Source of the DNA: a virus
Strand: one strand, 5' to 3'
UHGV virus genome: UHGV-0018629
Length of the DNA stretch: 64,000 nucleotides
Shown here one piece after another: positions 1 through 9,362 of this stretch. A program made the position numbers and the translations under genes. Within the stretch, counting starts at the first letter, position 1. The number at the start of each line of letters is the position of its first letter. The notes under the pieces were generated by a model. That model had not been told where the DNA came from, did no database searches, and saw only the letters and a program-made list of their open reading frames with translations.

Positions 1-365
1 TTACTCTGGTAAAACATTCCAGTAATATCATCTATCGTGCTTTGAATGGCTGGAGGCATTTCTTTGTAAATGCTGTTAGATTGGTCTAGTATGTGATCAA
101 TCATTTTAATTGTATCGGTAGGAAGTTTACTAGCATCTGGAATTGAAGGAGTGTATTTTCTACCAGAATACCCTAAATACTGCTCACCAAATTTGTCAAT
201 CAAATCTGGTAACTCAGAAAAAATAAAATCGTATGCTTTGTGTCTGGCATAACTTTTAGTTTCAAAATGTGCAGAATGAAAATAAGCTTGTGCAGCCATT
301 AATAAACCTAAGTATTCATCTGCCTTTGAAGGTTTTCCACTTTGTGAAAAGTCGCTGAATTTCAT
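1..365 (-). CDS. Hypothetical protein, partial (start at 365, runs off left edge); begins MKFSDFSQSGKPSKADEYLG
   Basis: Open minus-strand frame from ATG at 365-363 to window edge; ATGA overlap with stop of rI-like gene; not in supplied ORF track because truncated. Confidence 0.5.
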   Translation of the reverse strand, partial: MKFSDFSQSGKPSKADEYLGLLMAAQAYFHSAHFETKSYARHKAYDFIFSELPDLIDKFGEQYLGYSGRKYTPSIPDASKLPTDTIKMIDHILDQSNSIYKEMPPAIQSTIDDITGMFYQS

Positions 366-655
366 TCAGTCTCCAATTTAATGTTCATAATTCTAGCGTA
401 TGATTGTGCCATCTCCGCGCCTCGTTCTATACATTCAAAATCAGAAGAGCACGGGTCATTTTTATAGGTCGTTCTCATAAAACTATAGAATTGTTCAGAC
501 GATTCTACGCTTTTGTTTTCAAAAAGTGTATAAACATGCCTAATACCAGATTCCATAAATTTATCAAAATGAGGGTCAACATTCGCTTCAATCGATGGAG
601 ATAAAACAAATGACAATCCTAGCATGGCAAACAGTGCCGTTGCTTTTAAGGCCAT
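362..655 (-). CDS. rI: RI antiholin-like lysis-inhibition protein, 97 aa, N-terminal signal-anchor
   Basis: 97 aa, hydrophobic N-terminus LFAMLGLSFVLSPSIEA, position downstream of tk as in T4. Confidence 0.75.
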   Translation of the reverse strand: MALKATALFAMLGLSFVLSPSIEANVDPHFDKFMESGIRHVYTLFENKSVESSEQFYSFMRTTYKNDPCSSDFECIERGAEMAQSYARIMNIKLETE

Positions 656-667
656 AAAGGCCTCCTA

Positions 668-880
668 TCATTTTTGTCCTGTATTTACTTTATGCCGATG
701 CACGGCCTTAACTTTATCAAGGTATTTTTCAAAATTTCGCAATCTAGTATAGTCTGCCGGAGATTGGTTGAGTGATACTTCTCGACGCAAAGCTGAAATG
801 ATATTTCCAACTTCCCTACGAATTTCATCTAATTGAAGAACAGTAAGATTGCGAAGTTGCTTTTCAGTTAATTGTAGCAT
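668..880 (-). CDS. Hypothetical small protein (rI.1 position)
   Basis: 70 aa ORF between tk and rI; synteny only. Confidence 0.45.
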
Positions 881-922
881 ATATACCCCTTTAGTTAGAT
901 AAACCTATTTATAACTTTTGCA

Positions 923-1504
923 CTAACCGAGCTTTTTAGTTAATTCATTCCAATGTTTTCTGCACAAAGAAACATAAATTTCATCACCAATACAAATTTG
1001 ATCGCCTTCTTTAACTGGGGTTCCATCTTCCATTAATCGAGCGGTCATAATAGCTTTTTTACCACAGTGACAAACCGCTTTAAGCTCAATAAGTTTATCA
1101 GCAATCGCTAAAAGTTCTTTAGAACCTTCAAATAATTTTCCAGCGAAATCAGTTCTTAATCCATAAGCCATAACAGGAACATTATATGTATCAACAATTC
1201 GGCTTAATTGGTGTACTTGTTCAGTTTTTAAAAACTGAGCTTCATCTACAAATACGCAATGAATATCTTTTTGTGCTTCAGCCCATTTATAGAACTCGAA
1301 AATATCCATATCATCTGTAATAATATTCGCTTCCTGTTTAATTCCAATGCGAGAAACAACTTCACAGACAGAATCGCGAGTATCAATAGCAGGTTTAAGA
1401 ACTAATACACCCATTCCACGTTCTTTATAATTATGCGCAGCAGTCAAAAGAGAAGCAGATTTTCCAGCATTCATTGCTGCATAAGTAAAAATTAAACTCG
1501 CCAT
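923..1504 (-). CDS. tk: Thymidine kinase
   Basis: 193 aa, P-loop MNAGKSASLL, C-terminal Cys cluster typical of type II TK; matches T4 Tk length. Confidence 0.9.
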   Translation of the reverse strand: MASLIFTYAAMNAGKSASLLTAAHNYKERGMGVLVLKPAIDTRDSVCEVVSRIGIKQEANIITDDMDIFEFYKWAEAQKDIHCVFVDEAQFLKTEQVHQLSRIVDTYNVPVMAYGLRTDFAGKLFEGSKELLAIADKLIELKAVCHCGKKAIMTARLMEDGTPVKEGDQICIGDEIYVSLCRKHWNELTKKLG

Positions 1505-1513
1505 ATCACCTTC

Positions 1514-1720
1514 TTAAAGCGTATTCACATAAGCTATTAATTCATTTTCTTTCTTATCAAACCGATCAGCAAATTCTTCCTGCTGTTCGGGAGATAGCGG
1601 GCCGTATTCATCATAAAAGGTGTTTGCTTCTGTATGCTCATCTAGAAGTTCATGGATAAGCTCAAACAATTTATCTTTTTGTTCTTTACTCAGACTCATA
1701 ACCATGTAACCTTTAAGCAA
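1514..1720 (-). CDS. Hypothetical small acidic protein
   Basis: 68 aa ORF, tight spacing in tk operon. Confidence 0.45.
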   Translation of the reverse strand: MLKGYMVMSLSKEQKDKLFELIHELLDEHTEANTFYDEYGPLSPEQQEEFADRFDKKENELIAYVNTL

Positions 1721-1908
1721 TATTCTTCTACATGCTGTTTACGACCTTTCTTATCAATAAAGGTATATTCAACGAATGTTCCAATGTAGTCTTTATCTAC
1801 ATCATGCGGGCTATTAATTGGGCATTTAGTACGGCAAATGCGTTCCCATTGACGAATAATTTCTGCTTTATTTTTAGGGTCAAACGGATGCGGGTAATGT
1901 ACTTTCAT
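1696..1908 (-). CDS. Hypothetical protein with Cys/His pairs (possible zinc binding)
   Basis: 70 aa ORF; overlaps neighbours, start uncertain. Confidence 0.4.
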   Translation of the reverse strand: MKVHYPHPFDPKNKAEIIRQWERICRTKCPINSPHDVDKDYIGTFVEYTFIDKKGRKQHVEEYCLKVTWL

Positions 1909-2359
1909 AATCCACCACTATTAAATCAATATCAGGAGTAAACATGTCGATTAATTTAGAAACCTTATCCCAATCACCGCCAGCAATACCACAACCTATA
2001 CGTGGAATATAAATTACTGGTTTAAACAAAAGGGTTTCTGCCTGTAGATTTAATTCTATCATACAGTTTACTAAAGCACCATAATCAAGATTAGGGCCTG
2101 GTTCATATTGCGTATACAGGTTGTAACATATGCCAAAACCATTAGGTTTATGTTTAAAAACTATAGACATATCACCGAGTTTTTCACGCGAACCATATTC
2201 AGTTGTGGTCTTATCTATTTCTAAAATTTTAGGATAGGCCCTTGCTAATTGACCAGCTACACCACTGCCCATCGTATGAAAACAATTGCAGCCATGGGCT
2301 ATAATATTACCTTCAAGAAAGAGGGCGACAATATCGCCCTTGATATATTTTACAATCAT
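1880..2359 (-). CDS. Macro-domain protein (ADP-ribose binding/processing fold)
   Basis: 159 aa; N-terminal GDIV...HGCNC...GSGVAGQL and later GCGIAGG motifs characteristic of macro domains. Confidence 0.6.
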   Translation of the reverse strand: MIVKYIKGDIVALFLEGNIIAHGCNCFHTMGSGVAGQLARAYPKILEIDKTTTEYGSREKLGDMSIVFKHKPNGFGICYNLYTQYEPGPNLDYGALVNCMIELNLQAETLLFKPVIYIPRIGCGIAGGDWDKVSKLIDMFTPDIDLIVVDYESTLPASV

Positions 2360-2703
2360 CTAGTACTCAATCCTCGATTATAAGAATCTACTAAACGGTC
2401 AACCATTGAATGACAAGCGGCTTTGTCTTTTTCCTCCGCAACTGAGCATTCTAAGGTATTCCACTTTTTAGCATATCGTTTTAATAATGTATCGTTTTTG
2501 TATCTACTTGTCTTATCTCTTTCTCCGTCTTTATATGCATATATTAATTTCTGCGCAAACTCAGATTGACATGCTTTATTTTTCCCACAATAATCTGCCG
2601 CAGTGCGGTTCACATACTCCCTAATTTCAGTATATGATGTATCTGCTGACGCATAAGCAGAAAATGAAATTAATCCTATACATAAAACCAAAATTTTAGT
2701 CAT
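2356..2703 (-). CDS. vs: Secreted small protein (Vs position and length: 115 aa)
   Basis: 115 aa with cleavable-looking signal peptide MTKILVLCIGLISFSAYASA; position between macro-domain gene and regB as T4 vs. Confidence 0.45.
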   Translation of the reverse strand: MTKILVLCIGLISFSAYASADTSYTEIREYVNRTAADYCGKNKACQSEFAQKLIYAYKDGERDKTSRYKNDTLLKRYAKKWNTLECSVAEEKDKAACHSMVDRLVDSYNRGLSTR

Positions 2704-3241
2704 TTACTATTTCCAAAAGTTTATTATTTTTAAGGTAATTAGCCTTTTCTAGGACTTCAGAAGCATATTTAGAACCTGCTTTAACATTCCATCCCGAATT
2801 ATAAGAGGATATTGCTTTTCTTATATCACCCTTATGTATATTTAACCAATAAGAAAGTTCAATGTACGCCCATGAAGCTGAATTGGATCGTTTATTCAAC
2901 ATTCTTTTTATTTCAGCATCGGTCATATTATAACCAAGTTCCTTAACTCTTGCTCGCATAGTAGGCAAATAATTTTGGAACATTCCATAAGCGTGATGCT
3001 TTGGTTTAGATTTTAAATTAACTCCGCCAGAGCTTTCTTGCCATAAAATGGCTGCCATTATATGACCTAATCCACTCTTATGAACATTTTGGTGTGTTTT
3101 ATATTTTCCATCCTTAGAAAATTGTTCCCCGAATTGATATGCGTAACGCATGTTATCGAGTTGGACATTACTGAAAGTATGCTCGGAGCTATGTGCCATC
3201 ATAGAAATGGCCAATAGACCAGCGAGTAGTGCTTTTCTCAT
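2696..3241 (-). CDS. Secreted lytic transglycosylase-like protein (vs.1 position)
   Basis: 181 aa, signal peptide, QESSGG...AYGMFQ resembling SLT-domain ES and GLMQ motifs. Confidence 0.55.
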   Translation of the reverse strand: MRKALLAGLLAISMMAHSSEHTFSNVQLDNMRYAYQFGEQFSKDGKYKTHQNVHKSGLGHIMAAILWQESSGGVNLKSKPKHHAYGMFQNYLPTMRARVKELGYNMTDAEIKRMLNKRSNSASWAYIELSYWLNIHKGDIRKAISSYNSGWNVKAGSKYASEVLEKANYLKNNKLLEIVND

Positions 3242-3248
3242 GTTTACC

Positions 3249-3710
3249 TCATTGAGTTTTAATTACTGCTTTAGAAGCCTTTCCTGGTAAACGACGACTG
3301 TTGATAATTGCCATCCTGCATTGAAGTGACGGGTCTTTGAACTTCTCATTAGGTTTACAAACCGTAAATCCAAGCCAAAGATTTCCATCAGTGATTTCTA
3401 AACGTCCAGGGCGATATTCAATTCCATCGATAAAATCTTCATCAATATCAGGACGCGGAGGCATACTCAGGAATTCATTAACTTCTAAAACATGGTCTTT
3501 TATTTTATGGAATAATTCAAAAACGTATGTCTCATCAATCTCCCGTTGAATTGCGCGATCAAGAAGATGTTGAGAATATTTTAGATGAAACGATGAGACC
3601 CCTGCTGCTTTTGATGCCTCACGAATCTCATTGTTAATTTGACGAAACTCCGACTCAAAGTGACGACGAAGCTTATTTCGACGGATAAAAACTTCTGTGT
3701 TGATAGTCAT
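3249..3710 (-). CDS. regB: RegB sequence-specific endoribonuclease
   Basis: 153 aa, N-terminus MTINTEVFIRRNKLRRHFESEF matches T4 RegB as recalled; conserved position. Confidence 0.85.
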   Translation of the reverse strand: MTINTEVFIRRNKLRRHFESEFRQINNEIREASKAAGVSSFHLKYSQHLLDRAIQREIDETYVFELFHKIKDHVLEVNEFLSMPPRPDIDEDFIDGIEYRPGRLEITDGNLWLGFTVCKPNEKFKDPSLQCRMAIINSRRLPGKASKAVIKTQ

Positions 3711-3769
3711 ATTATTCTCCTCTTAACTGATAGAAAAATTATACCACAGTCAAGAGGAAAAGTAAACAG

Positions 3770-4090
3770 TTATTCTTTAAATCTGATCAATTTATTCATA
3801 GACTTTGAAACTTCTGCACGAACCTCATGTAGATTTTTGAGCTGCTCAAGACGCTGCGCATAGTAAGCAATTTCATCTTCTTCAAGACAGTCCTGCGAAT
3901 CTTCTTTAAGATAGCGTGCATAATCCTGGAAAGCATTACGAATTACTTCTTGGAAGTCGTCAAGACTTTGAATTTTCTTAGGAGCGGAAGATACACGACG
4001 AGGTACAGTATAATACTCATAACCAAACCCTGCGCTTAATTGAGCCATTAATATTTTTCCTCTGGTTGGAACACAGCACGGCAAGCCCAC
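3770..4090 (-). CDS. Hypothetical protein (start may be at internal Met near 4048)
   Basis: ORF in regB-downstream block. Confidence 0.4.
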   Translation of the reverse strand: MGLPCCVPTRGKILMAQLSAGFGYEYYTVPRRVSSAPKKIQSLDDFQEVIRNAFQDYARYLKEDSQDCLEEDEIAYYAQRLEQLKNLHEVRAEVSKSMNKLIRFKE

Positions 4091-4314
4091 ATACTTGCTT
4101 CTTTGAGTTTCGTTTTAGCAATAGTTAACTGATCGAGACTTTCGGCATAATTCTTCGCGAGTTCATCATCTTCACAGCTATCAAATGCTTCCCAAAATTC
4201 ATCATATAAAGCATCAAAGATAAGTCCTAAACGAACTTCAGCATCTTTAATAGCATTTACTTTACCGATTTTCTCTTCAGTATGTGGCTTATAACCTTTA
4301 ATATCTTCAATCAT
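4048..4314 (-). CDS. Hypothetical acidic protein
   Basis: 88 aa ORF. Confidence 0.4.
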   Translation of the reverse strand: MIEDIKGYKPHTEEKIGKVNAIKDAEVRLGLIFDALYDEFWEAFDSCEDDELAKNYAESLDQLTIAKTKLKEASMWACRAVFQPEEKY

Positions 4315-4528
4315 ATTTGACTTCCTCGCCAGTACCTAAATCATATTCAACTAAACGAATAGGTTCATGAATACCATATCCCTGAACAGAAATTTCTGTC
4401 GTAGGATAAATTCCATCAATATCACCCATGTTCCACGCTTCGTTAAATTGCTGTTCGCCTGAATTACTAAACCACTCGGCGAAAGCATTTAGCACATCTT
4501 TAGAACCTTCAATAATTATCTTTGCCAT
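4307..4528 (-). CDS. Hypothetical protein
   Basis: 73 aa ORF, ATGA-type overlaps with neighbours. Confidence 0.4.
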   Translation of the reverse strand: MAKIIIEGSKDVLNAFAEWFSNSGEQQFNEAWNMGDIDGIYPTTEISVQGYGIHEPIRLVEYDLGTGEEVKYD

Positions 4529-4890
4529 TACAAACTCTCGGTGAAGGTACGAGCGATAACGTCGCGCTGCTGTTCCGGAGTCAGAGAGTTAAAGCGAACT
4601 GCATAACCGGATACACGGATGGTCAGCTGCGGATATTTTTCCGGATGCTTAACTGCATCTTCCAGAGTTTCACGACGCAGAACGTTAACGTTCAGGTGTT
4701 GACCACCTTCAATTTTAACTGTAGGCTGTTGCTCAATTTCAATTTCACGGGCATGCAAACCGTAGAAAATTTCTGGGTCTACAAAAGAGTCCTCTTTAAA
4801 GGTTTTAGAGACAATAATTCGTGCTTGAATACCATCTTCAAAATAAATAGTACCTTTATGTGTGCCTTCAAGAATTTGATATGCTTTCAT
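4528..4890 (-). CDS. Autonomous glycyl radical cofactor (GrcA/YfiD-like)
   Basis: 120 aa; C-terminal [63 protein letters not shown] is the glycyl-radical module of E. coli YfiD; locally GC-rich. Confidence 0.8.
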   Translation of the reverse strand: MKAYQILEGTHKGTIYFEDGIQARIIVSKTFKEDSFVDPEIFYGLHAREIEIEQQPTVKIEGGQHLNVNVLRRETLEDAVKHPEKYPQLTIRVSGYAVRFNSLTPEQQRDVIARTFTESL

Positions 4891-4897
4891 ATAAACC

Positions 4898-5230
4898 TCA
4901 ATTAGAAAATAAATTTATCCAAGATTGTTCTTTAATTAAAAATGGCTCAGAATCATATGCCATTAAACTCTGGGTAATTAATCCTTTAAAAGGTCCATCA
5001 ATAAACTCCATTGTAAAATATGGAATTTTATTCATTAACCGTGCATTAGGAGCAGTACACAAAACTCTACATCCTTTGAATACGCCTTTCTGCAATTTAT
5101 ACTGCTTAGGATAAAATTCGCTCAAAATGTTGTTATTTGCTAAAATTTCAAAATGATTCACCAATTTATTTTTAATAGTTTTTGGCGAAAAATAAAGATA
5201 TTCAAAAAGCTGTGTGTCTGTCATCATTGC
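4898..5230 (-). CDS. Hypothetical protein (start set at internal Met to avoid 55-nt overlap)
   Basis: ORF 4898..5278 in track; [12 protein letters not shown] start more plausible. Confidence 0.4.
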   Translation of the reverse strand, partial: AMMTDTQLFEYLYFSPKTIKNKLVNHFEILANNNILSEFYPKQYKLQKGVFKGCRVLCTAPNARLMNKIPYFTMEFIDGPFKGLITQSLMAYDSEPFLIKEQSWINLFSN

Positions 5231-5811
5231 ATTCCGATTACGAAAAACTGTGGACGAGTAATACCACCAATGCAGCATTTACTTTTACAGCAATGTTGCG
5301 CAGTTTCAATATGAATGTCGTAAATCTTATCCATATCAGGAGATTTAACGGGCTCATCAATTATATACAAAATTCGCGAAAGCGATAAACCTCTGAACTT
5401 GCTACCTCTATTACCAATAAAACTGCGTATAGAATCAGTAAATAAACGAAAACGTATATCATCATTAGAATAACGCGAAAATTCCTTTTTAATGTTATTT
5501 GCAGAAATTTTAGCGTAAGCTGAAGTATTAGAAAGAACAATAACTGTTCCGCCATCATACAACCAATTAGCAGCAAAGTTAGTTACTGCAGTTGATTTAC
5601 CGGATTGACGTCCACCATCTAGTCGAAGTGTGCAATACTGTTTGAGCAAGTCTTCAAATGGCGGGATATATTCGTTTTTACAAATTTCTTCTACTCTAGC
5701 GTCAGAATGGTGTGTAAAAGCATTCATCAGGGATAGATAAGGACCAGTTAAAAATGTTCTCATTTTATTCTCTCTAAATTTGGGCCATTCCGTGGCGCAT
5801 GAATTGTCCAT
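5224..5811 (-). CDS. P-loop NTPase-like protein
   Basis: 195 aa; Walker A GGRQSGKST and Walker B-like ILYIIDEP; sits where denV lies in T4. Confidence 0.5.
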   Translation of the reverse strand: MDNSCATEWPKFRENKMRTFLTGPYLSLMNAFTHHSDARVEEICKNEYIPPFEDLLKQYCTLRLDGGRQSGKSTAVTNFAANWLYDGGTVIVLSNTSAYAKISANNIKKEFSRYSNDDIRFRLFTDSIRSFIGNRGSKFRGLSLSRILYIIDEPVKSPDMDKIYDIHIETAQHCCKSKCCIGGITRPQFFVIGMQ

Positions 5812-5831
5812 TTCTGTATTTACCCATTACC
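5798..5831. repeat. 34-bp direct repeat copy 1 (catgaattgtccatttctgtatttacccattacc)
   Basis: 32/34 identical to 6446..6479; overlaps start codon of P-loop gene. Confidence 0.8.
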
Positions 5832-5916
5832 GCACTTGGGCTCGACCTTATTACAGGTTGGCGGGAATCCCTCATAGAATCATGAGGTCCAGCTTGTTCC
5901 CATATTTCTTATTTGC

Positions 5917-6390
5917 TTACTTGAATGATTTGACGTACTGAATAGAACCTTTACTATTTACAAAGGCAATTTTACCATTTTTGTTATACATGGTAGCAGT
6001 ACGCTGATAGCCATAAGTTTGTTTACCAGATTGATAACCAACTAATGCGAAATTATCTTCGCCCATTTTATTCTGTTTAGCGCGGATGCGTTCATGACCA
6101 TGCGCCATAAGAACCTTAGCATCACCAGTTGCGATGGATCTACGAGTTTTTTCATCTTCAACTGTATTAACAAAGTCGTCAAATGAATCAAATTTAGCAT
6201 GGGATTTATTATACAGTTTTCCGTCTACTGCATAATTATATCCTTGTACGTCCATCTCAACTTCTGTACCATCATCCAATACAGCAGTGATCTTTTGACC
6301 TTTTTTAAATTTCAAAAGATCAGTAAAAGATTCAGCAATAATTTGAGAATTAATAGCTGCTTCAGTAATAAATTCTTGATATGTTTTCAT
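5917..6390 (-). CDS. Internal protein with capsid-targeting sequence (ipII position)
   Basis: 157 aa; N-terminus MKTYQEFITE|AA matches the CTS/gp21-cleavage pattern of T4 internal proteins. Confidence 0.65.
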   Translation of the reverse strand: MKTYQEFITEAAINSQIIAESFTDLLKFKKGQKITAVLDDGTEVEMDVQGYNYAVDGKLYNKSHAKFDSFDDFVNTVEDEKTRRSIATGDAKVLMAHGHERIRAKQNKMGEDNFALVGYQSGKQTYGYQRTATMYNKNGKIAFVNSKGSIQYVKSFK

Positions 6391-6445
6391 GTATATCCTT
6401 TAAATGTAAATAGTTTTATTCTTTAAGTTTTGGACAATTCGCACA

Positions 6446-6479
6446 CATGAATTGTCCGTTTCTATATTTACCCATTACC
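6446..6479. repeat. 34-bp direct repeat copy 2
   Basis: 32/34 identical to 5798..5831; adjacent perfect 9-bp inverted repeat ggacaattc/gaattgtcc. Confidence 0.8.
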
Positions 6480-6498
6480 AGGTTCGAACTCGGCTTTA

Positions 6499-7080
6499 TT
6501 AAGAATTACCGCGGGCTGCATTAGCAACGGCGTAAGCGTACTGAACATTAGCGTCTTTAAACGTACCTTTAGAGGTATCTATTTCTGCCTTAAAGCCGCC
6601 TTTAGTCATAACATCGGCAAATTCTTTACGGAAAGCCATTGCATCAAGACCTTTCCATGATGATTTATGCTTGGCAAATTCAAGACCAGCATAGTTGACA
6701 GCCTTAGCTAATTTATTATCAATAACCCATTTACCAGCTTTAGGCACAAACTTCGGGCCTTTTTGTTTAGAGAACAGTTTTAAATTCCAGCGACGAAGAT
6801 CACTGTCGGCTTTAACAAAAGCTGCATCTAAGTTACTAGCAACAACATCTTCAATATGGGCAAATTTAAGTCCGTCAACTTCAATATTTAGATCGTTACG
6901 CCAGCGAAGTCCTTCCCATGCGAAGGCTTTAAAGTCAGAAGCCTTTGTAGCTAAGTACCGTTCAATAGGAGCTGTTTTAGGGTCAAAGCCGTTTCCCGAT
7001 CGATAGGTCCACTCATCTTTATTAATGCCTTTGGCCTTTACTACAGAAGCTTCAGCAATAAATTCTTGATATGTTTTCAT
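6499..7080 (-). CDS. ipIII: Internal protein III
   Basis: 193 aa; MKTYQEFIAE|A capsid-targeting N-terminus; position between e and ipII-like gene. Confidence 0.75.
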   Translation of the reverse strand: MKTYQEFIAEASVVKAKGINKDEWTYRSGNGFDPKTAPIERYLATKASDFKAFAWEGLRWRNDLNIEVDGLKFAHIEDVVASNLDAAFVKADSDLRRWNLKLFSKQKGPKFVPKAGKWVIDNKLAKAVNYAGLEFAKHKSSWKGLDAMAFRKEFADVMTKGGFKAEIDTSKGTFKDANVQYAYAVANAARGNS

Positions 7081-7107
7081 GTGTTTCCTTTAAATATTTT
7101 AATTAGT

Positions 7108-7682
<575 letters not shown>

Positions 7683-8138
7683 TTAAAAGAGGCTGTTCAT
7701 TATTCGGTAAAGTGAAGGGCCCATCACATATTGCCACTGAGTACGAGGAATAAGAGCAAAAGCGTCCATCTCTGGAATCATAACGCCATCTTTATTTTCA
7801 AAATAAGACTCGCAATGGCAATTTCTGAACATCTCATGCTCTACTGGAATCGTATAATAAAATAACTGTAAGTCTTTATTACTAGAATATTTAAATACAC
7901 CTAAGTCTTCTAGAAGGTCTGGATTATAATTGCTAAAACCAGTCTCTTCTAAGCATTCTCTTCGTGCTGCATCTAATGCGCTTAAATCGGAATTTTCTAC
8001 ACGGCCTTTTGGAATATCCCAGCGATGTGCCATCATTCCAGGCTTACGAGAACCAGTAACTCGTCCCATAAATAAATCTTTATCTTCCGTCATAAAGATA
8101 ATACCAGCTGATAATGTTTTCATTTTAATTTCCTGCAT
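7683..8138 (-). CDS. nudE: Nudix hydrolase
   Basis: 151 aa; Nudix box GRVENSDLSALDAARRECLEETGF; position after e. Confidence 0.85.
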   Translation of the reverse strand: MQEIKMKTLSAGIIFMTEDKDLFMGRVTGSRKPGMMAHRWDIPKGRVENSDLSALDAARRECLEETGFSNYNPDLLEDLGVFKYSSNKDLQLFYYTIPVEHEMFRNCHCESYFENKDGVMIPEMDAFALIPRTQWQYVMGPSLYRIMNSLF

Positions 8139-8623
8139 TCTGTGATAAAGTTATTTAAATTTTGAGTATATTTCTTTTCATCAAAAATCTTTTGCTGCCT
8201 GCGTAACCGCCATGGCATTTCGATGAACACGCACCATATTCCTGATAGTATTGCTGCTGTAAAAATATTAACAAGTATGATTAAAAGAATCCAATCTCCC
8301 GTTCTGCCTACTGGACTTTCTCCAAAGAAGCAAAATACAAATGATGTCACAGGAAGACTAATAATATACCACAGAATCATAATCTTATCTGTGAACCAAT
8401 CAGCGTTCGTTAACTTAGCGCGACCATTATGAATACACACGAATTTATCATCTGTTATAATAGATGGCTTAACTGCTTGATATCCCATTCTAAACTCCCT
8501 AATTAATCGTTTCTTTGTATCTTCGGAACAGCCACTCCAATCAACTCTATCAACTGAAATGCCATCGTCCCCATCATCTAAATCATACCAGCGAGTTTTT
8601 AAAATCATTTGATTTTCCTGCAA
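8120..8623 (-). CDS. Small membrane protein, paralog 1 (2 predicted TM helices; C-terminal ITECRKLK)
   Basis: Hydrophobic segments ILWYIISLPVTSFVFCFF and ILLIILVNIFTAAILSGIWCVF; start may be the MILKT Met at 8608. Confidence 0.5.
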   Translation of the reverse strand: MQENQMILKTRWYDLDDGDDGISVDRVDWSGCSEDTKKRLIREFRMGYQAVKPSIITDDKFVCIHNGRAKLTNADWFTDKIMILWYIISLPVTSFVFCFFGESPVGRTGDWILLIILVNIFTAAILSGIWCVFIEMPWRLRRQQKIFDEKKYTQNLNNFITECRKLK

Positions 8624-8967
8624 TCACTCACGAATTCTTTCATTGATTCATTTTCAATATAAGACATGTAGCTATTGTATTCTTTTAATTGTATTTTGTA
8701 ATCCTTTTTTCTTTGCCAATTTATTTTAAAATTATCATAATGAAAAAATAGCATGGTACCAAAGAATGAAAATAATGAAATCGCTATAGTAAAACGAAGT
8801 TCACTCCAAACATCTGTTATAATTGCTGAACTATCGATGTTTAAAATAATACAGTCAATCATTAATCCAATAAGACTACCAGCAAGAGCTGCAGCCAACG
8901 CCACAGCAAGAATTAATAGCGCCTCGGGAAACGAATATTTGGCTTTATTTAGTTTTGGCTTTTGCAT
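8605..8967 (-). CDS. Small membrane protein, paralog 2 (C-terminal EFVSDCRKIK)
   Basis: 120 aa; TM segments ALLILAVALAAALAGSLIGLMI and FTIAISLFSFFGTMLFF. Confidence 0.5.
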   Translation of the reverse strand: MQKPKLNKAKYSFPEALLILAVALAAALAGSLIGLMIDCIILNIDSSAIITDVWSELRFTIAISLFSFFGTMLFFHYDNFKINWQRKKDYKIQLKEYNSYMSYIENESMKEFVSDCRKIK

Positions 8968-9362
8968 CGTGATTCCTTAACAAATTTCATAATTTCATTA
9001 AATTCATACATATCTAGCTTAAGCTGGTGTTCCTTTTTAATCTTTTTACACTGAGCTTTCCATTCACGTACGCGTTTACGATAATGTCTTCCTTGATACC
9101 AGTATCCTACCCAATTTATAGGTACTAATAAAAATGGAACTACAAATGGAAGAATTAATACGAACAGAAATATTAAGCCAGATTCAATATCAGTCATAAA
9201 GTCTATAACCATTCCAACAATCAATAGAATTACAAATGATATAGCTGTCACAGGACCTATTAATATATCAGTAGGAATTAGCTGGCGCTTTAATTCATAC
9301 TTCACAGGTTTACTTGGAAGGTATAGTGATGGCTTTGACATATTCTCTACATTCCTTAACAA
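8949..9362 (-). CDS. Small membrane protein, paralog 3 (C-terminal KFVKESRCK)
   Basis: 137 aa; two strongly hydrophobic helices. Confidence 0.5.
   Translation of the reverse strand: MLRNVENMSKPSLYLPSKPVKYELKRQLIPTDILIGPVTAISFVILLIVGMVIDFMTDIESGLIFLFVLILPFVVPFLLVPINWVGYWYQGRHYRKRVREWKAQCKKIKKEHQLKLDMYEFNEIMKFVKESRCKSQN

Noticed and set aside
404-604. Plus-strand 66-aa ORF antisense to the rI-like gene
   Set aside because: Wholly inside a well-supported minus-strand gene
5819-5905. Two plus-strand mini-ORFs starting MNCPFLYLPIT (5819..5905 and 6447..6524)
   Set aside because: Identical N-termini are a by-product of the 34-bp direct repeat read on the non-coding strand
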